A stretch of 64,000 nt of DNA from Balanoglossus misakiensis (lineage: Eukaryota; Animalia; Hemichordata): the NCBI GenBank assembly GCA_040954595.2, contig CM082578.2, positions 12,338,520-12,402,519 of the forward strand, given 5' to 3'. Numbering within the stretch: the stretch's first letter is position 1; every line of letters starts with the position of its first letter. The notes beneath the pieces are model-generated. The model made no database searches and was not told the origin of the DNA. It saw nothing but the letters and a program-made list of their open reading frames with translations. A program made the translations under genes and the position numbers. Below are positions 60,601 through 64,000 of this stretch, in pieces.

Positions 60601-63600
60601 TGGTTATACCCTTGCTTTAGTGTTGAAACGGTCAAAGGGACCGGCTTCCCGCGCACGGCTAACCGTAATACGGCTACACGGGCAGTAAAAACCGTTTATG
60701 CTCTATTCGTGCTTCCAATTGTTCAAAGAAAACAAATTAAAAATGATACCTTTATCCTTTAACGACTGGAAATAAAGCAGACGATGCGAAAGAAGGGGTT
60801 AGACGGGGTTTGTCTTTTCTGTGAGTGCCATAAGAACTTTCTGTACATTTTATGTTCTACAAACAGTTGTGAACGACACATATTCACTCATTTGGGCAAA
60901 CACCACTTGACCATATAAGGTAGTGCGTATAAAGGATGGCCATGCAAACGAAAGCATGTTTCTGGTGAAGCAGGTTTGACACGATTAGCATTTCAATGAA
61001 AGGTATAGTAAGACCTATAATGTGAGAATCCAAAATTTGCCGTTTCAGACAGCTCCGGGGTCATGTACCACAAACTAGTCTTTGCTACACAGAACTTCTA
61101 TATTCTGTCATTGTCAATTCTGGGGGCGCCTTGGATTTCTGTGGTTGTGTTCACGAAACTCGGTCCTGTTCTAAATAATTGCTTGGCTATCCATCATTTT
61201 AACCCACTTCAAACGAGCTCATTGAGCGCTAGTCTAAGAGAGAGAGAAGACAGGAAAAAACCTTGATTCGATCCCGCTCCTGTGGGGGAATGGACATGAC
61301 GTACAATCAAAGAAAAATCAGAAGAGACCAGTTGCGATTGCGATCTTACTCGAGATAAGAAAACGAGATTGTCTTTTAATGCGTACATCGTTCGAATTTT
61401 CACGTTTACGAAATTGTGCATAGTATTATGGTGCTGAATATTGCATCATTTCGACTTCAGATATCGCCACTTCAGAAGCACAAATGAATTCAAGCTAAAT
61501 GTTATTTTCTAGTGCATAGTCAGACATTCCACTGTGCCAGAGATGCACTGTTTGTACGACACATTTATCTACGCAGCTGTGACGACATGGCGCTATTGTG
61601 AATATTTAATGACATGGCGTCATAAGTGCTATTGATCGCACAGGCAATAATCCGAATCGATTGTACACTATAGTACAGATTACCGCGAAATAGCTGAATG
61701 CCCGTCTTATAGATCAATATAAACTTTCAAGACTATGCGGACAAAATCACTGCTTGTTAGTTAGTCTGTACGGATTAGTTAGAAAATGCAGCAACAAGGT
61801 GCGCAGTTTCAAGTAACTGGTATACATTACGTGCACGCAAGAATTCACGCTGATGTTACTTCGCGCAATCAATTTCGACCACTTTTTTCAAGTCCTATCA
61901 AGGTGATCTAGATAGCACCCTATAAGGTCTGATAAGGCTAATTCTGGGATTCAACCCCGACCCCTTCCAATTCCATGTTTTGTTGGCTTACCCTCGCCAA
62001 TAGGGTATGGAAAAATCATGACCTATAATGCATTTGAAATGTTGAATAAAAAAGGTGCATTTCGAAGGTCAAGCTGTAAGTAGATTCCTGACACCAGAAT
62101 ACATTACACTGGTTTATCGCGCCCAACGTCTGGCGTCTCGCTGGCTCTTTGCAGAGTGCAATTTCCAAGCGCGAGCCATAAACAGAGGGTCATTATTGCT
62201 ATGGAGTCTCATTACGACTACCTTGGAAGCGCAATAATGGTAACGGCATCGGACATGCTTGACGGGAATTTCAGACGAACTTATCCGCTGCCGGGTATAG
62301 TGACCGCGTTGCAAGCACACTTTTCACTGGTCGCCACTTCTTCCATTTTTAATACGGGCGAATTGTCGTTTCTGTCCCGGAAAGGAGGACTTCCCTCCCG
62401 GGGGTGCCAAAGCGGATGTGAGAGTTTGGGATAAAAACAAAAGGATAGGATTAATTAAACGCAACGGCCGCGACGCCAAACCGCGAGGAAGTGCGTCCGG
62501 GCGTCACTATACCTATGGCAATAATTTGGCGCCCACGCTCAGCGGAGGGAGGGGGAGTATAGTAGTCAAGTTAAAAACAAGTTTCAGGAAATACTTTTGA
62601 CTATACACCGAACGATGCGATGGAAAAGACGGTCGCAAACTAGAAACACGCCAAACCGTGTCACCAGATATCAGTTATCGGGAAATATGAAATCAGCGCG
62701 CCCACATTTTTTCCTACTTTAGTAAATGCCTCCTTCACTTTTCGCGCAATTACTCAATATGCTCTTTTTTCAATTTCTGGGTCAGAACGCACATGAAATA
62801 TGCGCATCACGAAACATTCTTCCAGGGTCACACCCCCAATCGCACACGCCAATCTAAAAATATAAAAAAGATTTAAACTAAATGGCTTCCCCTTTTTAAA
62901 AAAGAAGAAGTACTTCTTCGAGGCAAAATCTACCTTTGATTAAGGGGTGAAGAAAGCGTCTCATATTTCAATGATAATGCATTCCTCACGTGCCTCGGTA
63001 AGAATGCAAAAATCAATGCATCATTGATTTTTATTAGGAACCTCCAGAGGAAATTGCCGCTGACGTGACCGATGTACCGACCAGCCGGATTAGTATCGGT
63101 CCGCTGAAACAAGTAGAACCACTCAGCTGGCATAACTTTACGTTAATCACGCGAATGGGTAAATTTGGCTAAATTCATCATTATTTTTTAAATAAGAATT
63201 CTGTGTGCCATAGTAAAAAAAACAGATTATGTTTTTTCCGCTTCCTGAAATGTGCCCACCCACCCCATCCAGTTGTGTACCCACAATTCCCTGATTCCGC
63301 TCGTCGTAGTTACAATGCATGAATACTTCGATAATATGATTATAACCTACGGAAAATACAAAGATAGTATTATGCCCTAAAAGTATTTTCGTGTAATGTC
63401 GATACGCTGAATTTGAGAAGAGACCATAAAACCGACGATGCAGCATTAATGCAATGTGATTACATGAATAATTTCCCCTAATTGACCGCAATCATATTTA
63501 AGAAATGGTAATTTTCTTCTAACATGAAATCTATCTTTTTAGATAATTCTTTAAGTATACACTACTATAATGGATTGCCAATTGAAAATACCAGTCAACC

Positions 63601-64000
63601 CCCCCCCCCTCTCCCCGTTATTTCGAAATGGACGTTCCCTTCCGTCCACAAAGAGGAGCAAAGACTTGGGATTGATATCAACTGTGGCCATCGCGATTGT
63701 TACATCTGACTTTGCTCCCTTGCGTACTCCTTTAATCAGACTCTGACACCATTTTCAGAGATTGCATCAGAGAGTCCGTTAAAAATGATCTTATCCGACT
63801 GAAAGCAGTCACTTTATCGGTGCAATCTCCTCTCAGCTTTCTACTGCAACGTCGTCGTCGTAGTCGCTGTTGTCGTCGACAATTGCACTTGTAATATCGA
63901 CAAGCATGGAAACATTTCCCAAGTGGGTTACTACTCCACTGTGTCCACACAGTCTGGCCGTGTGTGAGAATGTCCGCAAGGATTCTGATGCATGGAAACT

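Noticed and set aside
61262-61970. B-box-like strings (gattcgatccc; gggttgaatccc on minus)
   Set aside because: No paired A-box or tRNA fold. At most SINE debris.
1-64000. CRISPR arrays, rRNA, prokaryotic operons
   Set aside because: The sequence is intron-containing animal DNA. No repeat-spacer array or rRNA-like segment was seen.

Overview
Eukaryotic (animal) genomic DNA with spliceosomal introns. The gene content suggests an invertebrate deuterostome, possibly a hemichordate (inference). The gene-dense left part (1-39 kb) contains, in order: three divergent LRR-transmembrane receptor paralogs with single coding exons (- strand); the terminal exon of DCLRE1C/Artemis (+); SUV39H (+, 6 exons); HSPA14 (-, 13 exons); a SET/TSPY-type NAP histone chaperone (+, 7 exons, with a U12-type first intron); and a PLCXD2/3-like gene (+, 2 exons). 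I could not find the catalytic Artemis exons in the window, so the LRR cluster is probably nested antisense inside a large Artemis intron. The DCLRE1C-SUV39H-HSPA14 block has the same gene order as human 10p13. The right part (39-64 kb) has no recognisable coding sequence, looks more CpG-rich, and contains promoter-like motif clusters, orphan splice donors, small repeats and a (TATG)n microsatellite. All exon boundaries were read by eye and no database searches were run.
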